Below are positions 55,029-63,997 of a stretch of 64,000 nucleotides of DNA, piece by piece. The stretch lies in the NCBI GenBank assembly GCA_902517505.1, contig CABYCL010000001.1, forward strand, positions 3,038-67,037, read 5' to 3'. The notes under the pieces were generated by a model, which ran no database searches, had not been told where the DNA came from, and saw nothing but the letters and a program-made list of their open reading frames with translations. Source of the DNA: an uncultured SAR86 cluster bacterium (GTDB lineage Bacteria > Pseudomonadota > Gammaproteobacteria > Magnimaribacterales > D2472). How positions within the stretch are numbered: position 1 is the stretch's first letter; each line of letters starts with the position of its first letter. The translations under genes were made by a program, and so were the position numbers.

Positions 55029-55811
55029 TTAAGCTTTTAGGTATTCCAATAAAGTATTTATTTTGTCTGTGCCGCCAAAATATATTGCCTCATCTTCATC
55101 AAATGATTTTATGCTTCTTATCAATCCTTTTTGAATTTCTGGATAGTTAAAAATTTTATTTAAAGGCTCGAATAAGACGTTTATTGTAAAAAGAGAGTAA
55201 TCTTCATGGAATCTGCATAAAGTTTCCTTTTCTGATCTTATAAACCAGGTTGAAGGATCTGACATTAAAAGCTTTTCTTCTTCTAAATGAAATCTTTTTG
55301 TATCGCCATGAATTAACCAGTTCTGTCTTGCAAAAGGTTTCATTAAGGGTGATTGTCTTATAAAAGTCGAAATCCTATCCCCTATTTTTTCTTCAAGAGT
55401 TGTAACTGGATCGTGGATTTCTTTTAAAGGCTTTCCAATCTTTGTTCTTACATCCCAGTAACTAGGCGAACAAATGCTTGCTGCTAAAAGCCTTTGTTCT
55501 CCATGTGATTCTATTAAACATAAGTCATCCTGAATATTTAGGCTCATTTCTGCAATTAAATCTGGATAATTTGTACCTTGTATCTCAAAGATCTTTGCTA
55601 AGCATTTTTGAGCCTCAGTTGAATCTGTTGTTGCAGCAACAACCTGATTATATTTTGATTTAAATAAGCCTAGTTTATGTTTTAATAAATCCTTACCTAT
55701 AGCTCTATCGAGCCATTTATCTATTTCAATAGGTTTTAGTCCTAGTCGATATTTTCTATCACCATTACCCCATGGTGGATTTTGCCAAAAGTAATTATTT
55801 ATAGCTCCCAT
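55029..55811 (-). CDS. DUF3445 heme-dependent oxidative N-demethylase alpha-subunit-like protein
   Basis: LGL.P, IQDDLC, AASICSPSYW (C.P..W), K.G..L..IH.PV, R.NW, RSE.ETL, LFTI. Confidence 0.85.
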   Translation of the reverse strand: MGAINNYFWQNPPWGNGDRKYRLGLKPIEIDKWLDRAIGKDLLKHKLGLFKSKYNQVVAATTDSTEAQKCLAKIFEIQGTNYPDLIAEMSLNIQDDLCLIESHGEQRLLAASICSPSYWDVRTKIGKPLKEIHDPVTTLEEKIGDRISTFIRQSPLMKPFARQNWLIHGDTKRFHLEEEKLLMSDPSTWFIRSEKETLCRFHEDYSLFTINVLFEPLNKIFNYPEIQKGLIRSIKSFDEDEAIYFGGTDKINTLLEYLKA

Positions 55812-55841
55812 TCAAGTATGAACAATTTGTATTTAAAAGAA

Positions 55842-56147
55842 TTAAAATATCTTATGCTTGCCTTGGAGAATCTCTAAGTACATTTTGTAATCACCTATAA
55901 AACTATAAAAAGGATATGTAAATGTAGCAGGTTTATTCTTCTCAATAAAAAAATGTCCTATCCAGGCAAATCCATATCCAGATAAAAGAGCATAAAGAAT
56001 AAATAAAATATTAAATGATAAGAAAAACTTAATTAAGAAAAATATGCTTATGCTGGTACCAATAAAATGCGTAAGCTTAGTATATTTATTGTCATGCTCT
56101 GATATGTAGTAAGGATAAAACTCATTAAAACTATTATATTTTTTCAT
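55842..56147 (-). CDS. DUF962 / Mpo1-like protein
   Basis: FYPYY..EH, HFIGT, GYGFAWIGHFFIEKNKPATF. Confidence 0.92.
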   Translation of the reverse strand: MKKYNSFNEFYPYYISEHDNKYTKLTHFIGTSISIFFLIKFFLSFNILFILYALLSGYGFAWIGHFFIEKNKPATFTYPFYSFIGDYKMYLEILQGKHKIF

Positions 56148-56149
56148 CT

Positions 56150-56761
56150 TTACTTTGGCGCCGACTCAGGTTGGTAATCGTAGTAACCTTCAAGTGGAAT
56201 CATTAAATGTACGAAAGGAGTTCCTTTCATCATTACGTAAGGAGCTCCAGTTGTAAAATCTGTCGATACTCCTTCAAGTGATGCAGGATCTTTTGGCATT
56301 AACATTAAATGAGAGCCTGAATATATCCAATCTTCTGGATCAGTGTTTTCTTTATCGCCTTCAGAATAAGGTCTGAAGTTATCAACGCCTGTATCACCGT
56401 GGATCATCCAAATCCATCCATCGTTTGGTATTTCTGGCTTTGATTGACTGATATATGCATCTGCCCAAGCAACTGCATTTGCATCTGCACATGCTGGAGC
56501 TGCCTCATTTGCAGTTTTAAATCCCATTTTGGGCATTGCTATAAATGGAAGACAGGTCCATCCGTTTGTACCCTCTCTTAGAATATCTCCGCTAGCACTT
56601 ACAACAGTTGCAAAGTCCCCAATAAAATCAGGTGCAGAAGAAGTATATGTTTCTATCTCCCATTCAGCAGAGTTACCGTGCATCTTTCCACCCTCATGAT
56701 GACCAGCAGAAATATTAATTACAAATAAAAAAGCTATAAAGCCTAATAGTTTAGAATTCAT
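56150..56761 (-). CDS. Conserved hypothetical exported protein
   Basis: Signal peptide followed by GHHE; LREGTNGWTC, HLMLM, PYVM..GTP..HLMIP; strong SD. Confidence 0.85.
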   Translation of the reverse strand: MNSKLLGFIAFLFVINISAGHHEGGKMHGNSAEWEIETYTSSAPDFIGDFATVVSASGDILREGTNGWTCLPFIAMPKMGFKTANEAAPACADANAVAWADAYISQSKPEIPNDGWIWMIHGDTGVDNFRPYSEGDKENTDPEDWIYSGSHLMLMPKDPASLEGVSTDFTTGAPYVMMKGTPFVHLMIPLEGYYDYQPESAPK

Positions 56762-56824
56762 TTTTTTTTCCTCTAAAAATCGTTTAACTAATTCTAAAAA
56801 AGAATTTGAATGAATACAAATATA

Positions 56825-58030
56825 TTAATTAAATGTATTTTGAATATGTTTAGTAATACTCCTAAACATTGCTATATGAGCAGCTTTTGAATATTCTTTT
56901 TCAGACCTAAATCTATGGTTAGAAGATGTTTTTGCAATTACAACATTTGATACTGGATCAACATAAATAAACTGATTAAATATTCCGTGAGCTGTGTAGT
57001 CAGTTAGTGGATCTCCTGGAATCCACCACTGATAGCCATACCCCCATTCACTTGAAGAGAGATCTCCAGCATTTGGCATCAAATGAGGTGCATCTGGTGT
57101 ATGAGATTTAAGAACCCATGATTTAGGAACAATTTGTTCGCCATCCCAGCTGCCTTCATTTAAATATAATTGTCCGAATTTAGAAAAGTCCCTTAATGTA
57201 GCGTTTAGGCCTCCAAGTGCCATATCTGTACCAGTTTTATCAGCTATATAATAAGCATCACTTTCTGTTCCGATCTTGCTCCAAATTCTTTTATATAAAT
57301 ATTCTCTTAAGGGCATATCGGTAACTGATTCAAGAATCATTCCCAATACTTGAGTATCAAGACTTACATAATGATTATAGGTTCCTTGTTTTTTTCCATT
57401 TTTAAGGGTTTTTGCAAAATCTCTAAATGAGGATCCTTTTGCTGTAGCTCTAGCAAATCTATTTATATCTGAATTTGGATCTGCATAATCCTCATTGAAT
57501 TCTATACCAGATGACATTTGAAGAAGATTTTTAATCTTAACATCCTCATATCCAGTTCCTTCAAAGTCATCCAGATATATAGAGACACTATCATCAATGC
57601 TTTTTATTAATCCTTCCTCGATAGCTATTCCAAATAGTGCTGACAAATATGATTTTGAAACAGAAAAAGCAATGTGTTTGCTATCTTTTGTATTGCCGTT
57701 CCAATATTTCTCGAATAACATTTTTCCATCATGCAAAATTATGAGCCCATCAGTATGAAAATGGTCAAGTCCCTCTATCAAATTTAATTGTTCTCCTTCA
57801 AACTCATAAGAATTTGGTAATTCAAAATCTTCTTTTTCAAATACAAAAGTTTTTTCAGATGCTGATATTGGATTAGAGGTGTCAAAAACTTTATTAATAC
57901 TTATAAAATTTTTTGCAATTGATTTTTCGTTATATAGAGTTGCTAGCTTATAAAGTTTATAAATATTAGGACTATACATAACAATTGCCAAAACAAGTAT
58001 TGCTAAAATAACAATTAAAAATTTACTCAT
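56825..58030 (-). CDS. Serine hydrolase, beta-lactamase class C / NylB-like
   Basis: FSVSKS (SxxK), LQMSSG, Y.S.DT, GYGYQWW. Start at the ATG at 58030. Confidence 0.92.
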   Translation of the reverse strand: MSKFLIVILAILVLAIVMYSPNIYKLYKLATLYNEKSIAKNFISINKVFDTSNPISASEKTFVFEKEDFELPNSYEFEGEQLNLIEGLDHFHTDGLIILHDGKMLFEKYWNGNTKDSKHIAFSVSKSYLSALFGIAIEEGLIKSIDDSVSIYLDDFEGTGYEDVKIKNLLQMSSGIEFNEDYADPNSDINRFARATAKGSSFRDFAKTLKNGKKQGTYNHYVSLDTQVLGMILESVTDMPLREYLYKRIWSKIGTESDAYYIADKTGTDMALGGLNATLRDFSKFGQLYLNEGSWDGEQIVPKSWVLKSHTPDAPHLMPNAGDLSSSEWGYGYQWWIPGDPLTDYTAHGIFNQFIYVDPVSNVVIAKTSSNHRFRSEKEYSKAAHIAMFRSITKHIQNTFN

Positions 58031-58047
58031 TAAAAATGTTTCCCCCA

Positions 58048-58407
58048 CTAAATCCATTGATCATTTGGCGCTGTTAATTCATCAACTTTATCGCCAGTAT
58101 TTAGAACCCCCCTAGGCTCAACCAACATTATACTTGCTTCTTCTTCAGAATATGGTCTATGCCTTACTCCTTTAGGAACTACTATCATTTCACCTTCATT
58201 TAACTCGATTAATTCGGTTTCAAATTCAATAAACATCTTGCCCTTTATTACAATAAATACTTCATCTGTATCATTGTGCTGATGCCATATAAAATCATTT
58301 TGAATCTTTACAAGTTTAAATTGATAGTCATTTAGCTCTGCAATAACTTTTGGGGACCATTGATCTGAAAATTTTTTAAATTTATTTTTGAAATTAATTT
58401 TTTTCAT
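58048..58407 (-). CDS. Cupin domain protein
   Basis: WSPKVIA.LN, WH.H..TDE.F, VVPKGVRHRP. Confidence 0.92.
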   Translation of the reverse strand: MKKINFKNKFKKFSDQWSPKVIAELNDYQFKLVKIQNDFIWHQHNDTDEVFIVIKGKMFIEFETELIELNEGEMIVVPKGVRHRPYSEEEASIMLVEPRGVLNTGDKVDELTAPNDQWI

Positions 58408-58903
58408 ATAGTTGAATTACCTCCTCAAGTTCAGCTGACTTTGTGCCATCATCATTAAAGCTGACCATTAGAGGCTTCCATTCTTCATGACCGCAAAGTC
58501 TCATCAAACACCCTTCTACCTTTAAGTTTCCATTTTCTAACAGATATAAACTAGATTTAAAAGATCTTCCTCGACCTGGATCATATATTTTTCCACCAGA
58601 TAATTCTTTTGCTCCACTGGTATAGGAAAAATTATCTATCAAATTAATTCCTATTAAACTTCTTTCTCTCATTGATTTATCTTTATTATTTTTATCAAGG
58701 ATTGATTCTGGATCTATTCCGTTTTCAACAAATATATGTTCGATTACCGCGCATAATGACTTTTCACATTCCTTAACATGAACTATGGATTGAGAGGTTA
58801 GCCAATATCCAGTCATTGGAAAGTCTTTATTGCTAGCGTTAATAGAGACACATAAACCAGCAACTGCTAATAAGTAAAATATCTTGATAGTGGTCTTATT
58901 CAT
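58394..58903 (-). CDS. DUF2147 family exported protein
   Basis: G.W, C....C, D..N.D...R.R...G, GKIYDP..G, L.V.GC. Confidence 0.88.
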   Translation of the reverse strand: MNKTTIKIFYLLAVAGLCVSINASNKDFPMTGYWLTSQSIVHVKECEKSLCAVIEHIFVENGIDPESILDKNNKDKSMRERSLIGINLIDNFSYTSGAKELSGGKIYDPGRGRSFKSSLYLLENGNLKVEGCLMRLCGHEEWKPLMVSFNDDGTKSAELEEVIQLYEKN

Positions 58904-59453
58904 TTTTTATATTATTAAATATATTAACGATTTTACTCTCTAGTTTATTTTTTGATAAACATATTCTATAAGGATTGTCGTCATATACTGGGTTTCCAAC
59001 AAGCAATTCTTTAGGGCTATTTGTTCTAAATCTCCAACGTGTACCTGTTTCCTTTGATGTAAAGATGTATTCAATGGGCTTGTTTGTAATTAAATAATTA
59101 CCTTCATTAAATATATTTTCAAACTGGATGGTTATATCTAATTTAGACCCAAATATTCTATCAATGTATTCAACATAGACCTCATTGTTCATATAGCCGC
59201 AATCTATAAGACTTGAGATAGTCTTATCTTCAAGGTTAATAACTATTTCTTTATTTAGATCAACTTCAATATTTAAAATGTTTGAAAGTTTTTTTATGAT
59301 CCTGTCTAGCTCTTGCTTTGAAAAACTATTGGAATTAAATTGATTGTTAAAATCCGCAGGAACGTTAGGTCCTTTATAAATATTGTTTGATTCTTGAACT
59401 TCACATGAAGAAATTATGAAAATAATTGCTACTATTGCAAATATCTTGGGCAT
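58896..59453 (-). CDS. Hypothetical lipoprotein
   Basis: Lipobox ISSC; DCG and C.S...LE motifs. Confidence 0.75.
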   Translation of the reverse strand: MPKIFAIVAIIFIISSCEVQESNNIYKGPNVPADFNNQFNSNSFSKQELDRIIKKLSNILNIEVDLNKEIVINLEDKTISSLIDCGYMNNEVYVEYIDRIFGSKLDITIQFENIFNEGNYLITNKPIEYIFTSKETGTRWRFRTNSPKELLVGNPVYDDNPYRICLSKNKLESKIVNIFNNIKNE

Positions 59454-59466
59454 GAACGGATTTATA

Positions 59467-60504
59467 TTAGTCTTCCATTAAAAGAATCCAATCTCTTACC
59501 ATTTCAACTGCTTCTGTATGAGTAAGAGCTCGTCCGGATTCTGGCATCATCACACCAGGATCCATTGAAATCATGCGATGCAATAAAATCGATTCTTCTG
59601 GTTCTCCAGGAACAATAGAATATTTTAAGCCTCCACTTCCTCTTCCGGTTGCAACCGGTTTTTTAAATACTCCTAAATTTATGTTTCTCGTTTCATTCAA
59701 ATGAAGATATAGTCCTGTCGAATTTGCATTGCCGGTCGGGGAGTGACAGTGTCCACAGTTTATATCTAGGTATGATCTTACTCTGTCATTAATATCTTTA
59801 CTTTCATCTGTCCAATCTACTGGTGAAACTAGGTCTAACGGATATTCATCAATAATTTGTCTGTTCATCCAATATGTAAGTTGATTAAAGGTGTCTTCTT
59901 TGAAAGCAAAGTCTTTGTTTATATTTCTTGCTTTTGGTCCTATGGGGCTAATTTTATCGTCTGCATCATGGCATTCCTTACATTGATTGACATTAGGTAC
60001 TCTATATCTAACATCTCTTTCTTCACCCATAAAGTCCGTCCAGGAAACGTTAATAGTTTTTCCAGCAATTTTTTTAAATGCCTCATTCTGTTCTTTGTTC
60101 CATGCATAAGAAACCGCTTCCCACCCTTGATCCTTTTTTAAGAGAAGTCTTGTTTCTAAAAGATTTTTTCCTAACTCTGGATTTCTTTCATCAATTGGAT
60201 AGTAAAAAGTTTTTATTAAAGCAGAGCCTGTTGGAAAATTAAAAACCCAGTCTTCTTGATACTTTGCTTTTTTTTCATTTGGAACATATACCCATCTTTG
60301 TTTATACGAATAATCTGAGAATAAAGTGGAAATTAATTCATAAGGTATAACTTTGTCGTGAGGGACTTGTGCAGAGGCATCCTTAAAAAATCTAAAATCT
60401 GAAAGCTTATCTGGAAATTCTTGAGATAAAATTAATTCTTCATCTACACTATAAATATAAGTGCATATGAAAAGCACAAAAAAGTGTTTAAGTATTTTTT
60501 TCAT
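59467..60504 (-). CDS. SO2930-family diheme c-type cytochrome
   Basis: Signal peptide, LFSDY..K.R, KTFYY, LETRLL; two heme motifs CKECH and CGHCH; MMPE.GR. Confidence 0.9.
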   Translation of the reverse strand: MKKILKHFFVLFICTYIYSVDEELILSQEFPDKLSDFRFFKDASAQVPHDKVIPYELISTLFSDYSYKQRWVYVPNEKKAKYQEDWVFNFPTGSALIKTFYYPIDERNPELGKNLLETRLLLKKDQGWEAVSYAWNKEQNEAFKKIAGKTINVSWTDFMGEERDVRYRVPNVNQCKECHDADDKISPIGPKARNINKDFAFKEDTFNQLTYWMNRQIIDEYPLDLVSPVDWTDESKDINDRVRSYLDINCGHCHSPTGNANSTGLYLHLNETRNINLGVFKKPVATGRGSGGLKYSIVPGEPEESILLHRMISMDPGVMMPESGRALTHTEAVEMVRDWILLMED

Positions 60505-60506
60505 TA

Positions 60507-61760
60507 CTACTTAATGCCATCAATAGTTATTGACTCTAGAGGATTGATAATGCCTTGAAAATCTTCTTTTTCTATCTTAATTGGATTAGAAAATCCAAGC
60601 ATATACTTAATAGGGCTAATTGTAAGAAAGTTTACTTGGCTATCTTCTGAAATAATTAACTTTTCGTTATCTGGTTGGCCAAATAACATTTGAGATAACG
60701 GAACAACCCCATCCCAAAATATATCAGGCATTTTTCCGCTGCTTATTTCAAAAAGAGCTTTGGCCAACTCTCCAGTTTCAATGTCTGGATCAAAACCACT
60801 TGGGCCATAAGTATTATTATGAACCTGAATTCTTTTTGGATGTGGGTAGTAGTTAGGATCATCAGTTTCGTCTGAGTAAGAAACTATTGAAAGATTTACA
60901 GTTCCATTGCCACTCATTAAGTTATTGAAAACTTCTACATCTGAGTTGGCCATAATAATAATGCCTGTTCCTCTTGGAACCTCCCCAACAATGTTTCCTT
61001 CTGGAGCAAAATTATCTGTGTCATTGTTAATAGATTTATTATCAAAAACCCTTATGTGATGTCCTCCTTGTTGCGGAAGGTCTGGTAAGTCAAAAATAAG
61101 TATGCCTCCAGTATTATGTGAAGCCAAATTATTATAGACATCTGCATAGTAAGAGTTCTCAATTTCAATGCCAGCTACGTTATATTGAGCAATGCTATTT
61201 CTTACAATAATATTCTTAGACTGTCCTACGTATATTCCGGCATCAGATGCTCCAATAGCCACACAACCATCAATCAAAACATCCTCAGATTCGACTGGAT
61301 AAAAACCATAAGCCCCATTGCTGCTCTTAGGCCCGCCTGTCCATTCTGTTCTTAAATTAATCATGTTGATGCCTTTCGTACCGATGACTTTTAAAGCATC
61401 TCCTTTAGCATCTAAAATTGCAAAATCTTTTAAAGTTACTTTATCTGAAGTTACTAATAGTCCTTGTGCGCCTGACTTTTGATCTTTAAAGTCTAAAATA
61501 GTTTTATCCATTCCTTCGCCAGTAATGATTACATTATCAACATCTAATGAAAGGCCATCTTCAAATGAATAATAACCTGATTTAATAACAAGAGTATCTC
61601 CTTCAGACATTAGTATCATTGCCTCTTGAAGTCTTTCTTGTGAGTCATCTCCTGGGCTAATCACAATTTCTTTGGAATAAGAAAATGTTGAAAAAGCAAG
61701 ACATGCTATGAACAAGCTTGATCCTAGCAGAGATAAATTTGTATTAATCTTAAAAAAAAT
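60507..61760 (-). CDS. Exported parallel beta-helix protein (partner of SO2930 cytochrome); start probably ATT at 61760 (track TTG at 61715)
   Basis: NGAYGFYPV, GASDAGIYVGQS, NVAGIEIENS, NTGGILIFDLP, NFAPEGNIV. Confidence 0.88.
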   Translation of the reverse strand: MFFKINTNLSLLGSSLFIACLAFSTFSYSKEIVISPGDDSQERLQEAMILMSEGDTLVIKSGYYSFEDGLSLDVDNVIITGEGMDKTILDFKDQKSGAQGLLVTSDKVTLKDFAILDAKGDALKVIGTKGINMINLRTEWTGGPKSSNGAYGFYPVESEDVLIDGCVAIGASDAGIYVGQSKNIIVRNSIAQYNVAGIEIENSYYADVYNNLASHNTGGILIFDLPDLPQQGGHHIRVFDNKSINNDTDNFAPEGNIVGEVPRGTGIIIMANSDVEVFNNLMSGNGTVNLSIVSYSDETDDPNYYPHPKRIQVHNNTYGPSGFDPDIETGELAKALFEISSGKMPDIFWDGVVPLSQMLFGQPDNEKLIISEDSQVNFLTISPIKYMLGFSNPIKIEKEDFQGIINPLESITIDGIK

Positions 61761-61780
61761 TTTTTTCTCCTGGGTTAAAT

Positions 61781-61809
61781 AACATAATTATTGTATTAGA
61801 AATGTGCAA
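61781..61809 (-). promoter_or_regulatory. Candidate sigma70 promoter for beta-helix/cytochrome operon
   Basis: TTGCAC-N17-TATGTT on the minus strand, followed by an AGGAG SD. Confidence 0.5.
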
Positions 61810-61830
61810 TAAGAAAAAGCTATGCTTGCT

Positions 61831-62286
61831 TTAAGGCAAAATCTCTATATTTATTTTATCTGAAACAATTGGATTTTGTCCTAAAGGCATTATTGGCATG
61901 TGTTCATAATCTCCAATTACAAGCTGAAGAGTATATTTGCCGGAAGGTAGTGAGAGAACTGCCTCTGTCTGCCCTCCACCAAAATGCAAAACGTTTCTTT
62001 CAAATGGAATTGGTATATTTTTATTATCATCAACATCATATGAATCATTAATTACTAAATGATGGTGTCCGCTAATATGACAATCTTTGATATTTTCTAC
62101 CTCTATTCCTGCGGGACTGATAATAATATTTTTAGTTCCAAACTCAACTTTGAACTCTTTATCACTCGATTGAAAACCATCCATTGGACTTAGAAAAAAC
62201 AACTCAATATCATCACAGCTTTTATCGACACTCTCAAGGGACATCACTAAGGGAGATAAAAATAATATAAATAAAACTTTCTTCAT
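61831..62286 (-). CDS. DUF4399 family exported protein
   Basis: F..P.DG, PAG, GHHHL, HFGGGQTE, G.YTLQL..GD..H. Confidence 0.9.
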   Translation of the reverse strand: MKKVLFILFLSPLVMSLESVDKSCDDIELFFLSPMDGFQSSDKEFKVEFGTKNIIISPAGIEVENIKDCHISGHHHLVINDSYDVDDNKNIPIPFERNVLHFGGGQTEAVLSLPSGKYTLQLVIGDYEHMPIMPLGQNPIVSDKINIEILP

Positions 62287-62288
62287 GA

Positions 62289-63122
62289 TTAATTCTTTGT
62301 TTTTGGTGGTCCAAACAGGAAATATAATACTTCATTTACATTAGAAGCATTTCTAATATTTCTATATATATCCTGCCATCCCATAAAAGTTATTTTTGTT
62401 GGGTTATAGGTGTTTACATTATTGACCAAGCCATATTTCACCGGTTCTATTTCTGGTTCAAAAGTTCCAAACATTCTGTCCCATATGATTAGTAAGTTTC
62501 CATAATTTTTATCTATATACTGGCTGTTTGATCCATGATGAACTCTGTGATGAGATGGAGTGTTAAAAATCCATTCTAAAGGGCCAAGTTTCCCAACAAT
62601 TTGAGTATGTCCAACTATGCCCCATAAAGTGCTTATTACTCCTGCGACTGCTATTATTGTTGGGTCAAAACCTATAAGAGGCATCATCATAAAAAAAGGA
62701 ATTTTAGAAACAGGCCCGAACCAGGCTTGTCTAAATGACACAGCAAAATTCATTTCCTCACTTGAGTGGTGACTCATGTGAATAGCCCATAAAAAATTAA
62801 CTCTATGAGAAATACGATGATATATATAAAAAACAAAATCTATCATTACAAAAGTTAATATCCATAATGCCCAAATTGGCATTAGTTCAGATAAATTAAT
62901 CAACTTAAATTGAAAAAGATAAAAATGCAGCGCTAGGGTTGCTCCCTTTAAAGCAAAGACCATTAAAACATTTCCTGTTAACAGTCCTACTGTGCAGAGA
63001 GTATCATCTTTTTTATAAAGATTTTTATTATAAGCACTAGAGAATAAAGCCTCAAAGAGAATCATCGCCAATACTATTGGGGCGCCTATTGCGTATATTT
63101 CTGTGATTGATAAGTCTGTCAT
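62289..63122 (-). CDS. Fatty acid hydroxylase/sterol desaturase family di-iron membrane enzyme (alkylglycerol monooxygenase-like)
   Basis: His boxes HRISH, HMSHH, HT, HRVHH; DKNYG..LIIWDRMFGTF. Confidence 0.92.
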   Translation of the reverse strand: MTDLSITEIYAIGAPIVLAMILFEALFSSAYNKNLYKKDDTLCTVGLLTGNVLMVFALKGATLALHFYLFQFKLINLSELMPIWALWILTFVMIDFVFYIYHRISHRVNFLWAIHMSHHSSEEMNFAVSFRQAWFGPVSKIPFFMMMPLIGFDPTIIAVAGVISTLWGIVGHTQIVGKLGPLEWIFNTPSHHRVHHGSNSQYIDKNYGNLLIIWDRMFGTFEPEIEPVKYGLVNNVNTYNPTKITFMGWQDIYRNIRNASNVNEVLYFLFGPPKTKN

Positions 63123-63137
63123 AGTTTAAGTTATATT

Positions 63138-63503
63138 CTAATTAAAATTCTTCTCAGCTTCTATTAAAATCTTTTTTGGTAAACTAAATGCCTCTCTTGT
63201 TATATTCCATTTATTTAAAACAGCATCGATATTAAATTTGTCATATAGATGAGGGAATTTTCCTGCCCTGTCATTTGAATTAGATCTCTCATATATTATT
63301 TTATCTTTTATTTTTTCTTCGTCGACTTGTAATAGAATTAATTTTTTAGAATCCTTAAAGTATAGTTCAAGCGTTAAAGGAAGTTGCTTAGATGTTGAAA
63401 AATGAATAAATCCATCTTCTTTATCTAGAGCTGTTTCGATATAACCAATCGTAAAGGCTTGGTTCCATTCATCTTCCGTCAAAATTTTATAAATGTCATT
63501 CAT
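63138..63503 (-). CDS. DUF952 family protein
   Basis: IYKIL...EW, D..DGFIHFST..Q, FPHLY. Start at the ATG at 63503. Confidence 0.9.
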   Translation of the reverse strand: MNDIYKILTEDEWNQAFTIGYIETALDKEDGFIHFSTSKQLPLTLELYFKDSKKLILLQVDEEKIKDKIIYERSNSNDRAGKFPHLYDKFNIDAVLNKWNITREAFSLPKKILIEAEKNFN

Positions 63504-63571
63504 CACATATCTTTGAAAGAATGTATTATGTCTATAATTAGGCATACTAATCAAATTTTGGGGGATCAAAT

Positions 63572-63997
63572 ATGTTTGATGTTTATAATTCATCGCTGCT
63601 GGGTATATGGTTGATATTAGCTACGATTATTATTCAAGCTATGGTTGCGGTTAGGGTTCATCGAAGGCAAAGTGGTGGATATAGTCCTGGGGTGATTAAA
63701 TCAGAACTTGGACAATCATCGATAGTTTTTAGGGCTCATAGAACTTACCAAAATTCTTTAGAAAACATTATTCCTTTACTTGGTATGGCAATTATTGCAA
63801 TGCTATCAGGCTATGGTGCTTTTAAGCTTTCAATCATCATATGGACATATGCTATAAGTAGGATTATTCATATGATTTTGTATTACAAAATTGCTACTAA
63901 CAAGAATCCAAGTCCAAGAAGTATTTTTTGGGCAATTGGTTTTTTGGCTAGTTTTTATTTACTGATTGATTTGGGAATATTCTTATTAATTAACTAA
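63572..63997 (+). CDS. MAPEG family membrane protein
   Basis: R.HRT.QNSLEN, RI.HM.LYY; four TM segments. Confidence 0.88.
   Translation: MFDVYNSSLLGIWLILATIIIQAMVAVRVHRRQSGGYSPGVIKSELGQSSIVFRAHRTYQNSLENIIPLLGMAIIAMLSGYGAFKLSIIIWTYAISRIIHMILYYKIATNKNPSPRSIFWAIGFLASFYLLIDLGIFLLIN

Noticed and set aside
61750-61785. ATG at 61785 as the start of the beta-helix gene via a frameshift
   Set aside because: It is out of frame (stop after 11 codons), lies inside the predicted -10 box, and is upstream of the SD. The ATT start explains the layout better, though a homopolymer indel cannot be excluded.
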